A stretch of 37,252 nt of DNA from a virus (IMGVR_UViG_2529292912_000006:1-37252), one strand, 5' to 3'. Positions 17,069 to 27,318 are shown, numbered from the stretch's first letter. Numbers and translations are program-made. The notes: generated from the sequence alone by a model not told the origin.

Positions 17069-17295
17069 TTAAAACCCATAGTATGTTTTATGAGCTGATT
17101 GGATTTTGAGCATAGCTACCGCACGAATCTTCGAGGAAGATCCAAACATGTGCCTAATGTCGCATCATGCTCAAGGCGGCATAAATTTTGTTTACTGAGT
17201 ATAAGATTAACAACCATTAACTTCCATCAAAAATGCTAACGCGTACGCAAAAACTATTGTATCGTGTTAAGAGTGGTCACTTCGCCACACAGCTT

Positions 17296-17326
17296 AAACC
17301 CGCCGTCGAGCGGGTTTGTCGTTTCT
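17296..17326 (+). terminator. Rightward intrinsic terminator upstream of the lysis genes (possible tR' analogue)
   Basis: 8-bp stem AAACCCGC / GCGGGTTT with 6-nt loop followed by GTCGTTTCT on the plus strand. Confidence 0.4.
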
Positions 17327-17468
17327 GGCCCCGGCTATTTGTTGAGCCTGGTCTATACCGCAGTTATCCATTGGCTCGGCCTCTTTTACGTTTCCGCTTC
17401 TGATTTGCGGTACATGATGTTCCCTCAATTTGCACCTCCTGTATTGGCGAGGTGAGAGATAACTACAA

Positions 17469-17795
17469 ATGCCTCATAACCCAAATACCTGGCTGGAGTT
17501 GGTCCAGAGCTGGTGGCGTGGAGACACACCGCTGGGCGCAGTGATTATGTCGATTGTTATGGCTGGTTTACGTATTGCCTATTTTGGCGGTGGTGGCGGC
17601 TGGAAGCGAAAAACACTCGAAATTCTACTCTGTGGCGCTCTGACGCTGACTTTTGCATCCGCTCTTGAGTATGTCGGATGGCCTAAATCACTATCTGTTG
17701 CCATTGGTGGTGGGGTGGGGCTGATCGGTGTCGATGCTATTCGTGGGGCTGCAATGCGAGTAATCGGTAACAAATTTGGTGGCTCTAAGGAGTAA
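17469..17795 (+). CDS. Holin
   Basis: 108-aa protein with hydrophobic helices and charged C-terminus, directly upstream of the endolysin; SD GAGGTGAGAG. Confidence 0.7.
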   Translation: MPHNPNTWLELVQSWWRGDTPLGAVIMSIVMAGLRIAYFGGGGGWKRKTLEILLCGALTLTFASALEYVGWPKSLSVAIGGGVGLIGVDAIRGAAMRVIGNKFGGSKE

Positions 17796-17798
17796 TTT

Positions 17799-18275
17799 AT
17801 GCAGGTACTAAATTCCCAGCGTAAAGCTTTCCTCGATATGGTGGCTTGGTCAGAAGGAACGGATAACGGACGACAACCGACACGTAACCACGGTTATGAC
17901 GTTATTGTTGGTGGTGAACTCTTCACTGATTACTCCGATCACCCTCGCAAACTTGTCACGCTAAACCCGAAACTCAAGTCAACAGCCGCCGGACGTTACC
18001 AGCTTCTTTCACGCTGGTGGGATGCTTACCGTAAACAGCTTGGCCTGAAAGATTTTTCTCCAGAAAGCCAGGACGTTGTAGCTCTGCAGCAGATTAAAGA
18101 GTGTGGCGCTTTACCGATGATTGACCGCGGCAATATTCGTCAGGCAATCGACCGTTGCAGCAATATCTGGGCGTCATTACCTGGTGCAGGTTACGGTCAG
18201 TATGAACATAAAATCGGTGACCTGATTGCACGGTTTGAAGAGGCTGGTGGGGTGATAAATGAAGTTGAGCTATAA
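17799..18275 (+). CDS. Endolysin, lambda R-type lytic transglycosylase
   Basis: Near-identical by eye to lambda R over most of its length (…NSQRKAFLDMVAWSEGTDNGRQPTRNHGYDVIVGGELFTDYSDHPRKLVTLNPKLKST…). Confidence 0.9.
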   Translation: MQVLNSQRKAFLDMVAWSEGTDNGRQPTRNHGYDVIVGGELFTDYSDHPRKLVTLNPKLKSTAAGRYQLLSRWWDAYRKQLGLKDFSPESQDVVALQQIKECGALPMIDRGNIRQAIDRCSNIWASLPGAGYGQYEHKIGDLIARFEEAGGVINEVEL

Positions 18276-18651
18276 GCTGGTTATCGCTGCTTTCTTCGTT
18301 ACTGTCATTGGTTCTTTCATCTGGTCAGCCAACCACTACTACAGCAAATATCAGTACGAAAAGAAACGTGCTGATGAGTCTGTACGAAATGCTGGATCAG
18401 CAATGGCCATTACCAATAACGTCCTGCAATCACTGCAAATCGTCAATACAGTTCTGGAGGCTAACCAGCATGCAAAACAGCAGATCGCACTGGAGTCACA
18501 GAGAGCCCAGGAAGATATCAAAATGGCCGTTGCGGATGATGATTGTGCTTCACGTCTTGTGCCTGCTGCCGCTGCTGAGCGGTTGCGGAAGTACGCGGAC
18601 AGTTTACGTGAACACTCCGACGGCACCACTGCCAGCCAGCCTGACGGTTGA
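18259..18651 (+). CDS. Rz-like inner-membrane spanin
   Basis: N-terminal TM helix then coiled-coil periplasmic region; overlaps endolysin end; an overlapping +1-frame lipoprotein is present. Confidence 0.6.
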   Translation: MKLSYKLVIAAFFVTVIGSFIWSANHYYSKYQYEKKRADESVRNAGSAMAITNNVLQSLQIVNTVLEANQHAKQQIALESQRAQEDIKMAVADDDCASRLVPAAAAERLRKYADSLREHSDGTTASQPDG

Positions 18652-18805
18652 AACCCCTCAGCCTGATTTACCTGATCATTTTACGTGGGGCTCGAGCTTA
18701 GATCTGAATGCCGCCTTGTTGTCTGCATTGGCGCAGTGTAATACCGATAAAGCTGACATCAGAAGGATTGAAGTTGAGCGTGGTCACATCATGCAAAAAA
18801 AATGA
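18536..18805 (+). CDS. Rz1-like outer-membrane lipoprotein spanin (overlapped arrangement)
   Basis: Signal peptide with lipobox (MMIVLHVLCLLPLLSGC) and proline-rich mature part, in the +1 frame relative to Rz. Confidence 0.55.
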   Translation: MMIVLHVLCLLPLLSGCGSTRTVYVNTPTAPLPASLTVETPQPDLPDHFTWGSSLDLNAALLSALAQCNTDKADIRRIEVERGHIMQKK

Positions 18806-18897
18806 TGTTCACTTTATTTTGTTCCTTGATTTGATATGTGATGACCCAATAGATACAAAGCACCTGATTTGGGTGATTTTTTTGAAGGACTATACAC

Positions 18898-19218
18898 ATG
18901 AAAGACGGCATTTATTTTGTTGTGTTCAGAAGCGGTCATAATGATGTTGGCAATGGCACGGTCGTTGTGAAGGATAATGCGGTTAATGGTGGTGATTTTG
19001 GGTTTACCTATCAGGGGCGTGTACAAGATGGGGTATTGAAACTTCATGTATCCCGCCACAACCCTTCAGCACAAAACGTTATTGCAGGCCTTAACGATTA
19101 TGTGATGGATCTCTCAGTGAGAGATATTGGGGATGGTTATTACCTTGAAGGTGGAATTGCTGGTGTTCCTGGTGCGACTCTGTCTGTACAGGCGAAATTT
19201 ATCGGCAATTTGATTTAA
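18898..19218 (+). CDS. Hypothetical protein after lysis genes (106 aa), possibly GrlR-like
   Basis: Clean ORF followed by a strong terminator; beginning MKDGIYFVVF… recalls GrlR-family proteins (memory-based, low certainty). Confidence 0.45.
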   Translation: MKDGIYFVVFRSGHNDVGNGTVVVKDNAVNGGDFGFTYQGRVQDGVLKLHVSRHNPSAQNVIAGLNDYVMDLSVRDIGDGYYLEGGIAGVPGATLSVQAKFIGNLI

Positions 19219-19232
19219 ATCGATTCTCTCCT

Positions 19233-19264
19233 AAACCGCCCACTTTCCACGGGCGGTTTTTTGT
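19233..19264 (+). terminator. Intrinsic terminator
   Basis: AAACCGCCC … GGGCGGTTT stem followed by TTTTTT, 15 nt after the stop of the preceding gene. Confidence 0.75.
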
Positions 19265-19313
19265 TGCCATTACGATGGGTAGACCAGTAGTAATGATTGA
19301 AGGAGAAATTTAA

Positions 19314-19664
19314 ATGCCCCCACGAACCCCAAAAGCCTGCCGTGTTCGCGGCTGCCGCCATACCACCACTGACCCGTCAGGCTATTGCGAAAGCCACAAA
19401 AGCGAAGGCTGGAAGCAATACAAACCTGGACAATCCCGTCATCAGCGCGGCTACGGTTCGAAGTGGGACAGTATCCGCGCGCGTGTCCTGAAGCGTGACA
19501 AAGGCCTGTGTCAGTTATGTCTGCGTGCTGGTGTGGTGCGTGAGGCGAAAACTGTTGACCACATCATCCCTAAAGCGCATGGCGGCACTGATGCTGACAG
19601 TAATCTGCAGAGTCTGTGCTGGCCGTGTCATAAGGCGAAGACGGCCCGTGAACGGTTAAAGTGA
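19314..19664 (+). CDS. HNH endonuclease (terminase-associated)
   Basis: Cys pairs and HNH core (…CQLCLRAG…VDHIIPKAHGGTDADSNLQSLCWPCHKAKT…); directly upstream of the terminase genes. Confidence 0.85.
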   Translation: MPPRTPKACRVRGCRHTTTDPSGYCESHKSEGWKQYKPGQSRHQRGYGSKWDSIRARVLKRDKGLCQLCLRAGVVREAKTVDHIIPKAHGGTDADSNLQSLCWPCHKAKTARERLK

Positions 19665-19789
19665 TAATAATTCTCAACTGTCTGAGGGGAGGGGCGGGTC
19701 AAATCCCTGTGACCTGACGTCTTCCGGACTGCCCGCCCCATCGTTTTTTTATACCCGCGAAAAATGAAATTTAACCAGGAGTGCCGCAT

Positions 19790-20284
19790 ATGGCTGGAAC
19801 GGCGGGGCGTTCCGGGCGTCGCCCCAAGCCAACGGCGCGCAAGGCGCTGGCCGGAAACCCCGGCAAGCGAGCCCTGAATAAAGATGAACCTGTTTTTACG
19901 CCCATCAAAGGTGTTGAGCCACCGGAGTGGTTCGCTGAAGAAGATCTCCCTCTCGCCACGATCATGTGGCAACTGACAACCAAAGAACTCTGCGGTCAGG
20001 GCCTGCTGTGCGTGACTGACCTCGCGGTGCTTGAGCGGTGGTGCGTGGCCTACGAGTTCTGGCGACGTGCCGTGAAAAATATTGCCAGACAGGGCAACAC
20101 CATCACCGGTGCAATGGGCGGTATGGTCAAAAATCCGGAGCTGACCGCCAAAAAAGAACAGGAGTCCGAGATGAGCAGTACGGGGGCAATGCTCGGACTC
20201 GACCCCAGCAGCCGCCAGCGTCTGATTGGCCTGGCGGGGAAGAAGAAAGCCACTAACCCGTTTCTGAAAATTATCGAATCATGA
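19790..20284 (+). CDS. Terminase small subunit (P27-type)
   Basis: ATG 19790 preceded by AGGAG (8-nt spacer); basic N-terminus; ATGA overlap into the large subunit. Confidence 0.7.
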   Translation: MAGTAGRSGRRPKPTARKALAGNPGKRALNKDEPVFTPIKGVEPPEWFAEEDLPLATIMWQLTTKELCGQGLLCVTDLAVLERWCVAYEFWRRAVKNIARQGNTITGAMGGMVKNPELTAKKEQESEMSSTGAMLGLDPSSRQRLIGLAGKKKATNPFLKIIES

Positions 20285-22014
20285 GCCGGAAATCTTACCC
20301 CAACGTAAATGCTGCAAATCAGTATGCCCGGGATGTCGTGCGCGGAAAGATTATTGCCTGCCAGTTTGTGATTCAGGCCTGCCAGCGCCATCTTGATGAC
20401 CTGATGGCGGAAAAAAGTAAGTCGTTTCGTTACCGCTTCGACAAGGACCTGGCTGAACGGGCCGCCAAATTTATTCAGCTGTTGCCGCACACCAAGGGTG
20501 AGTGGGCATTTAAACGGATGCCCATCACGCTGGAGCCGTGGCAGCTATTTGTGATCTGCTGTGCGTTTGGCTGGGTCAATAAAGGCACCCGGTTGCGCCG
20601 CTTCCGGGAGGTGTATACCGAAATTCCCCGTAAGAACGGCAAATCGGCAATCTCTGCCGGTGTTGCCCTGTATTGTTTTGCCTGTGATAACGAGTTCGGC
20701 GCGGAAGTGTATTCCGGTGCCACGACGGAGAAACAGGCGTGGGAAGTCTTTCGTCCGGCACGACTGATGTGTAAACGCACACCCATGCTGACGGAAGCGT
20801 TCGGGATTGAGGTTAACGCCTCAAACATGAACCGTCCGGAGGATGGTGCGCGGTTTGAACCGCTGATCGGTAACCCCGGTGATGGTTCATCACCCCACTG
20901 TGCCGTGGTGGATGAATATCACGAGCACGCCACAGATGCGCTTTACACCACGATGCTTACCGGGATGGGGGCGCGACGCCAGCCACTGATGTGGGCCATT
21001 ACCACCGCCGGGTACAACATTGAGGGGCCGTGCTACGACAAACGGCGGGAAGTCATCGAGATGCTCAACGGCTCGGTGCCAAACGATGAACTGTTCGGGA
21101 TCATCTATACCGTTGATGAAGGTGACGACTGGACCGACCCGCAGGTGCTGGAAAAAGCCAATCCAAATATTGGCGTGTCGGTTTATCGCGAATTTTTGTT
21201 AAGTCAGCAGCAGCGTGCGAAAAATAACGCCCGTCTGGCAAACGTCTTTAAAACAAAACACCTCAATATCTGGGTGTCGGCGCGTTCGGCGTATTTCAAC
21301 CTGGTGAGCTGGCAGAGCTGCGAGGATAAATCACTGACCCTTGAGCAGTTCGAGGGGCAGCCGTGCATTCTGGCCTTTGACCTGGCGCGTAAGCTGGATA
21401 TGAACAGCATGGCGCGACTTTATACCCGCGAGATTGACGGTAAAACGCATTACTACAGTGTGGCCCCGCGTTTCTGGGTACCGTATGACACGGTGTACAG
21501 CGTCGAGAAAAATGAAGATCGCCGGACAGCCGAACGCTTTCAGAAATGGGTGGAAATGGGCGTTCTGACCGTTACCGATGGTGCGGAGGTGGATTATCGC
21601 TACATCCTCGAAGAGGCCAAAGCGGCGAACAAAATCAGCCCGGTCAGTGAGTCACCCATCGACCCCTTCGGGGCGACCGGGCTGTCACATGACCTTGCTG
21701 ATGAAGACCTGAACCCCGTCACCATCATTCAGAACTACACCAACATGTCCGATCCGATGAAAGAGCTGGAAGCGGCGATTGAATCGGGGCGCTTTCATCA
21801 TGACGGCAATCCCATCATGACCTGGTGTATCGGCAACGTGGTCGGCAAAACCATTCCGGGTAACGATGATGTGGTGAAGCCCGTCAAGGAGCAGGCGGAA
21901 AACAAAATCGATGGTGCAGTTGCGCTGATTATGGCGGTTGGCAGAGCCATGCTGTACGAGAAAGAAGACACGCTGTCTGATCACATTGAGTCCTACGGGA
22001 TCCGCTCGCTTTAA
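20281..22014 (+). CDS. Terminase large subunit
   Basis: 577-aa ORF following the small subunit, with ATPase then nuclease halves. Confidence 0.9.
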
Positions 22015-22025
22015 CTGAGGTAATT

Positions 22026-22208
22026 ATGATCATGCTGATTCTCGCGCCTCTGGTGGGCGTGCTGGGTGCGCTTTTGCTGGCGTATGGTGCCTGGCTGATT
22101 TATCCCCCGGCGGGTTTTGTTGTTGCCGGGGCGCTGTGCCTGTTCTGGTCGTGGCTGGTGGCGCGATATCTCGACCGTACACAGTCGTCTGTCGGCGGAG
22201 GTAAATAG
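22026..22208 (+). CDS. Small hydrophobic protein (60 aa)
   Basis: Two predicted TM helices; sits between terminase and portal. Confidence 0.35.
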
Positions 22209-23449
22209 TGTTCTTTTCGGGATTATTTCAACGAAAAAGTGACGCACCGGTGACCACGCCAGCAGAGCTGGCGGATGCCATCGGGCTGTCGTATGACACC
22301 TATACCGGAAAGCAGATCAGCAGTCAGCGGGCTATGCGACTGACGGCGGTTTTTTCCTGCGTCAGAGTGCTGGCAGAGTCGGTCGGGATGTTGCCCTGCA
22401 ATCTGTATCACCTGAACGGCAGCCTGAAGCAGAGAGCCACCGGCGAACGTCTGCATAAACTGATCTCCACGCATCCCAATGGCTATATGACGCCGCAGGA
22501 GTTCTGGGAGCTGGTGGTCACCTGTCTGTGCCTGAGGGGAAACTTTTACGCCTACAAAGTGAAAGCATTTGGCGAAGTGGCTGAACTGCTGCCCGTCGAT
22601 CCCGGCTGTGTGGTACCGAAGCTTAACAGTAGCTGGGAACCGGTCTATCAGGTCACATTCCCGGATGGCTCCACGGATGTACTGAGCCAGGAGGATATCT
22701 GGCATGTGCGTACGCTGACGCTGGACGGACTGGTGGGGCTGAATCCCATCGCCTATGCCCGCGAGGCAATATCGCTGGCGGCAGCGACCGAAGAGCACGG
22801 GGCCAGACTGTTCAGCAATGGCGCGGTGACGTCGGGTGTTTTGCGTACAGAGCAGACGCTGTCGGATCAGGCTTATGAGCGCCTGAAGAAAGATTTTGAG
22901 GAGCGTCACACCGGGCTTGGCAATGCTCACCGCCCGATGATCCTTGAGATGGGGCTGGACTGGAAGTCGATGGCGTTGAACGCAGAGGACAGCCAGTTCC
23001 TGGAAACCCGCAAGTTTCAGCTTGAAGAAATTTGTCGTCTGTTCCGTGTGCCATTGCACATGGTGCAGAACACCGATCGCGCCACCTTCAACAATATCGA
23101 AGAGCTGGGGCTCGGATTTATCAACTATTCACTGGTGCCGTATCTGACCCGCATTGAGCAGCGGATCAACACCGGACTGGTACGAAAAAGTAAGCAGGGC
23201 GTTTATTACGCCAAATTTAACGCCGGGGCGTTACTGCGCGGGGATATGAAGTCCCGTTTTGAAGCCTACGCCACCGGGATTAACTGGGGAATTTACTCTC
23301 CCAATGACTGCCGCGACCTGGAAGATATGAATCCGCGTCCCGGTGGGGATGTCTATCTCACACCGATGAACATGACCACGAAACCCTCCGATGGCAGTAA
23401 AGCCGGTAAGCAGAAGGATAACGCCAATGCAGACGAAACAACGTCTTGA
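22208..23449 (+). CDS. Portal protein (HK97-type)
   Basis: GTG start preceded by GGAGG; 413 aa; canonical position. Confidence 0.9.
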   Translation: MFFSGLFQRKSDAPVTTPAELADAIGLSYDTYTGKQISSQRAMRLTAVFSCVRVLAESVGMLPCNLYHLNGSLKQRATGERLHKLISTHPNGYMTPQEFWELVVTCLCLRGNFYAYKVKAFGEVAELLPVDPGCVVPKLNSSWEPVYQVTFPDGSTDVLSQEDIWHVRTLTLDGLVGLNPIAYAREAISLAAATEEHGARLFSNGAVTSGVLRTEQTLSDQAYERLKKDFEERHTGLGNAHRPMILEMGLDWKSMALNAEDSQFLETRKFQLEEICRLFRVPLHMVQNTDRATFNNIEELGLGFINYSLVPYLTRIEQRINTGLVRKSKQGVYYAKFNAGALLRGDMKSRFEAYATGINWGIYSPNDCRDLEDMNPRPGGDVYLTPMNMTTKPSDGSKAGKQKDNANADETTS

Positions 23450-24077
23450 TGTACCGCTGAGTCTGAAATCTGTCAGTGACTCCGGTGAGTTTGAAGGGTA
23501 TGGCTCCGTCTTTGGTGTAAAGGACAGCCACGATGATGTGGTGATGTCCGGGGCATTTGCTGCTTCCCTGCGGGCGTGGAGTGACAGAAAAGCGTTACCT
23601 GCGCTGCTCTGGCAGCACCGCATGGATGAACCCATCGGTGTTTACACCGAAATGAAGGAAGACGATGTCGGGCTTTACGTCAGGGGACGGTTGCTTATTG
23701 ATGATGATCCCCTCGCAAAACGCGCACATGCACACATGAAGGCCGGTTCGTTAACCGGCCTTTCTATTGGGTACGTCCTGAAAGACTGGGAATACGACCG
23801 GAGCAAAGAAGCCTTTCTGTTGAAAGAAATCGACCTCTGGGAAGTCAGTCTGGTGACGTTTCCGTCTAACGACGAGGCGCGGATCAGCGACGTCAAGAAC
23901 GCGCTGGCCCGCGGGGAAATCCCCGAACAGAAAAAAATCGAAAGAGTCCTGCGTGATGTCGGACTCTCCCGTACCCAGGCCAAAGCATTCATGGCCGGGG
24001 GCTATGGCGCACTGTCCCTGCGCGACGCTGAGGATGTGGGCTCTGCACTGAATGCACTGAAAAATCTGAACTTCTAA
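23427..24077 (+). CDS. Prohead protease (HK97-type)
   Basis: ATG 23427 preceded by AAGGA; position between portal and capsid. Confidence 0.8.
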   Translation: MQTKQRLDVPLSLKSVSDSGEFEGYGSVFGVKDSHDDVVMSGAFAASLRAWSDRKALPALLWQHRMDEPIGVYTEMKEDDVGLYVRGRLLIDDDPLAKRAHAHMKAGSLTGLSIGYVLKDWEYDRSKEAFLLKEIDLWEVSLVTFPSNDEARISDVKNALARGEIPEQKKIERVLRDVGLSRTQAKAFMAGGYGALSLRDAEDVGSALNALKNLNF

Positions 24078-24091
24078 TCAGGAGAAATACG

Positions 24092-25297
24092 ATGGCGGTT
24101 GATATTAAAGATGTCGAACAGGTCGCGCAGGAGCTGCAGCAGAAGTTTGACGACTTCAAAGCAAAGAACGACAAGCGCGTGGATGCGATTGAGCAGGAAA
24201 AAGGCAAGCTTGCCGGGCAGGTGGAAACCCTGAACGGGAAACTCAGCGAGCTGGAAAATCTCAAAAGCGACCTTGAAAAAGAGCTGCTTGAGCTGAAACG
24301 TCCGGCAGGTGGAGCGCAAAATAAACTGGCCACCGAGCATAAAGAGGCGTTTGTGGGCTTTCTACGTAAAGGCCGTGAAGACGGTCTGCGCGATCTGGAG
24401 CGTAAGGCATTGCAGGTGGGTACCGATGAAGACGGTGGCTACGCCGTGCCGGAAGAACTGGATCGCAACATTCTTAACCTGCTGAAAGATGAAGTGGTGA
24501 TGCGTCAGGAAGCCACGGTGATCACCGTTGGCGGTTCCGACTACAAAAAACTGGTGAATCTGGGCGGTACGGCTTCCGGGTGGGTGGGGGAAACGGATAC
24601 GCGATCCCAGACTGCCACCTCCAGACTGGAGCTGATTGAACCTCTCATGGGGGAAATCTACGGCAACCCGCAGGCTACCCAGAAAATGCTGGACGATGCC
24701 TTCTTCAACGTGGAGGCCTGGATCAACAGCGAGCTGGCAACCGAATTTGCCGAACAGGAAGAAATTGCCTTTACCTCAGGCGATGGCACCAAGAAGCCGA
24801 AAGGGTTCCTGGCGTATGAATCCACTGATGAAACCGACAAGGTCCGGGCGTTCGGCAAACTTCAGCATATTGTATCCGGCGAAGCGACCGCGGTGACCGC
24901 AGACGCCATTATCAAACTGATTTACACGCTGCGTAAGGCACACCGCACTGGCGCGAAGTTCATGATGAACAACAACAGCCTGTTTGCCATCCGTCTGCTG
25001 AAAGACACCGAGGGTAACTATCTGTGGCGTCCGGGGCTGGAACTGGGGCAGCCGTCCTCTCTGGCGGGTTACGGTATCGCTGAAAACGAACAGATGCCGG
25101 ATATCGCCGCTGATGCGAAAGCCATTGCATTTGGTAACTTCAAACGGGGTTACACCATCGTTGACCGTATCGGCACCCGCATTCTGCGTGACCCGTACAC
25201 CAATAAACCGTTTGTCGGTTTTTATACCACCAAGCGCACCGGCGGGATGCTGGTCGATTCGCAGGCCATCAAACTGCTGAAGATTGCAGCGGCGTAA
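24092..25297 (+). CDS. Major capsid protein (HK97 fold)
   Basis: 401 aa after the protease; N-terminal coiled-coil delta-domain-like region then capsid domain; SD AGGAGA. Confidence 0.9.
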   Translation: MAVDIKDVEQVAQELQQKFDDFKAKNDKRVDAIEQEKGKLAGQVETLNGKLSELENLKSDLEKELLELKRPAGGAQNKLATEHKEAFVGFLRKGREDGLRDLERKALQVGTDEDGGYAVPEELDRNILNLLKDEVVMRQEATVITVGGSDYKKLVNLGGTASGWVGETDTRSQTATSRLELIEPLMGEIYGNPQATQKMLDDAFFNVEAWINSELATEFAEQEEIAFTSGDGTKKPKGFLAYESTDETDKVRAFGKLQHIVSGEATAVTADAIIKLIYTLRKAHRTGAKFMMNNNSLFAIRLLKDTEGNYLWRPGLELGQPSSLAGYGIAENEQMPDIAADAKAIAFGNFKRGYTIVDRIGTRILRDPYTNKPFVGFYTTKRTGGMLVDSQAIKLLKIAAA

Positions 25298-25346
25298 TCA
25301 CTCAGGGGCGCGGAACCGCGCCCCCTGTTCTGACGGGTGAAGAATC

Positions 25347-25547
25347 ATGATCCTGAAACAAGATCTGAAATGGTCACCGGACGGTATGCGTGTTGAGGTC
25401 ATTCGGGCCGGTGAGTATGACGACGGGGCGCTTCCTGCCCGGGTGCAGGAGATTGCACTTCAGGCCGGGTTAGCAGAGCGCGGAACCAGTGCAAAAAGCA
25501 GTAAAGCGGCAAAAGAGAAAAAAGCCACGACCAGTAAAGAGGGCTGA
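25347..25547 (+). CDS. Hypothetical small head-module protein (66 aa)
   Basis: ORF between capsid and connector genes; Lys/Ala-rich C-terminus. Confidence 0.4.
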   Translation: MILKQDLKWSPDGMRVEVIRAGEYDDGALPARVQEIALQAGLAERGTSAKSSKAAKEKKATTSKEG

Positions 25548-25549
25548 GT

Positions 25550-25873
25550 ATGCTTCTGACAATGGAAGAGATTAAAGCCCAACTCCGGCTGGATGAGGAT
25601 TTCGATGCTGATGACCGCCATCTGCAACTGCTGGCCTGTGCGGCGCAAAAGCGGACGGAAACGTATCTGAACCGGAAGCTCTATGCACCGGATGAAACCA
25701 TTCCGGAGAGCGATCCGGACGGGCTGCACCTGCCGGATGATATTCGTCTGGGGATGCTGATGCTTATCAGCCATTTTTACGAAAACCGCTCGTCGGTTAC
25801 GGAAGTGGAGAAACTCGACATGCCGCAGAGTTTTGGCTGGCTTGTCGGCCCGTACAGGTACTTTCCGCAATGA
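25550..25873 (+). CDS. Head-tail connector protein (gp6-like)
   Basis: 107-aa protein beginning MLLTMEEIKAQLRLDEDFDADD…, in canonical position. Confidence 0.7.
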   Translation: MLLTMEEIKAQLRLDEDFDADDRHLQLLACAAQKRTETYLNRKLYAPDETIPESDPDGLHLPDDIRLGMLMLISHFYENRSSVTEVEKLDMPQSFGWLVGPYRYFPQ

Positions 25874-26280
25874 AAATTCGTCAGGCGCAGACCAGCGCAA
25901 CCTACATTCTGCCGGACCCCGGTGAACTGAATAAACGCGTCCTGATCCGCCTGCGGGTGGATATGCCCGCGGATAACTTTGGCGTGGAGCCTCAATACCC
26001 GGTTACGTTCCGGACATGGGCGAAGGTTATCCAGACCAGTGCCACCACCTGGCAGGAAACCGCGCAGACCGGGGACGCCATCACCCATTACATCACCATT
26101 CGTTACCGCCGGGGGATCACCGCTGATTATGAGGTGGTCTGCGGTGACAGTGTGTACCGGGTGAAACGTCAGCGCGATCTGAACGGGGCGCGGCGCTTTC
26201 TGCTGCTGGAGTGTACGGAGCTGGGCGAATGTAGGCAGAGTCACGGAGGCAGCAATGGCGACTCCCTTTTTTCACGTTGA
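25870..26280 (+). CDS. Head-tail adaptor / head closure protein
   Basis: Position and size in an HK97-like head module; ATGA coupling. Confidence 0.6.
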   Translation: MKIRQAQTSATYILPDPGELNKRVLIRLRVDMPADNFGVEPQYPVTFRTWAKVIQTSATTWQETAQTGDAITHYITIRYRRGITADYEVVCGDSVYRVKRQRDLNGARRFLLLECTELGECRQSHGGSNGDSLFSR

Positions 26281-26761
26281 TGTTCAGCAGCCCGCCGAGA
26301 TGCGCTTTAACCGCGCCCGTGTCCGGCGGGCGTTTGTCACGATTGGGCAGCGTCATATGCGTGATGCCCGTCGGCTGGTGATGCGCCGTGCGCGGTCGGC
26401 ACCGGGTGAAAACCCCGGTTATCAGACCGGACGCCTGGCTCGTTCGATTGGTTATATGGTGCCGAGAGCCAGTAAAAAGCGAGCCGGTTTTATGACACGC
26501 ATTGCCCCTAACCAGCGCAACGGGAAGGGGAACCGGATGATCTCTGGTGACTTCTATCCGGCGTTTCTGTTTTTTGGTGTCCGGGGAGGAGCAAAACGTC
26601 GTCGTAGTCATCATCGTGGTGCATCCGGTGGCAGCGGCTGGCGACTGGCTCCACGTAATAACTTCATGGTGGAAGCGCTTGAAAAGAACCGCAGCTGGAC
26701 ACGCTATTTTCTGGCGCGGGAATTGCGTAAATCACTGAAGCCGGAGCGACGACACAGATGA
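26255..26761 (+). CDS. HK97 gp10-like neck protein
   Basis: Strong SD GGAGG; basic protein in the neck module. Confidence 0.65.
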   Translation: MATPFFHVDVQQPAEMRFNRARVRRAFVTIGQRHMRDARRLVMRRARSAPGENPGYQTGRLARSIGYMVPRASKKRAGFMTRIAPNQRNGKGNRMISGDFYPAFLFFGVRGGAKRRRSHHRGASGGSGWRLAPRNNFMVEALEKNRSWTRYFLARELRKSLKPERRHR

Positions 26762-27318
26762 AACTGACGCCTGTTATTGCTGCGCTGCGTGCCCGCTGCC
26801 CGTATTTTGAAAACCGGGTGGCAGGCGCGGCACAGTTCAAAAATCTGCCGGAGGTCGGAAAGCTGAGACTCCCGGCGGCGTATGTGGTACCGGGTGATGA
26901 CTCTCCGGGAGAAAACAAAAGCCAGACCGACTACTGGCAGGAGCTGAAAGAGGGCTTCTCCGTGGTTGTCATACTGAGTAACGGGCGTGATGAGCGCGGT
27001 CAGTTTGCCTCGTATGATGTGGTGGACGATGTCCGGCAGATGCTCTTTAAGGCCCTGCTGGGCTGGAACCCGGAAGCGTGCGGTAACCCGATTACCTATG
27101 ACGGCGGCACGCTGCTGGATCTGAATCGTCATGAGCTGATTTATCAGTTCGATTTTTCGGTCATCAGCGAGCTGACTGAAGACGATACCCGCCAGCAGGA
27201 TGATCTGAACAGTCTGGATGAACTGCAAACGCTGGCGATTGATGTTGATTATCTCGAGCCCGGTAACGGGCCTGACGGCGATATCGAACATCACACCGAA
27301 ATAACCCTTCCTTCCTGA
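26758..27318 (+). CDS. Tail completion / tail terminator-like protein
   Basis: ORF between neck genes and tail sheath; ATGA coupling. Confidence 0.55.
   Translation: MKLTPVIAALRARCPYFENRVAGAAQFKNLPEVGKLRLPAAYVVPGDDSPGENKSQTDYWQELKEGFSVVVILSNGRDERGQFASYDVVDDVRQMLFKALLGWNPEACGNPITYDGGTLLDLNRHELIYQFDFSVISELTEDDTRQQDDLNSLDELQTLAIDVDYLEPGNGPDGDIEHHTEITLPS

Noticed and set aside
22223-23059. 278-aa minus-strand ORF inside the portal gene (and similar antisense ORFs at 26704-27294, 28288-28704, 25460-25900, 32398-32895)
   Set aside because: Shadow ORFs on the opposite strand of well-supported GC-rich structural genes; translations are Arg/Cys/Gln-rich and not protein-like.
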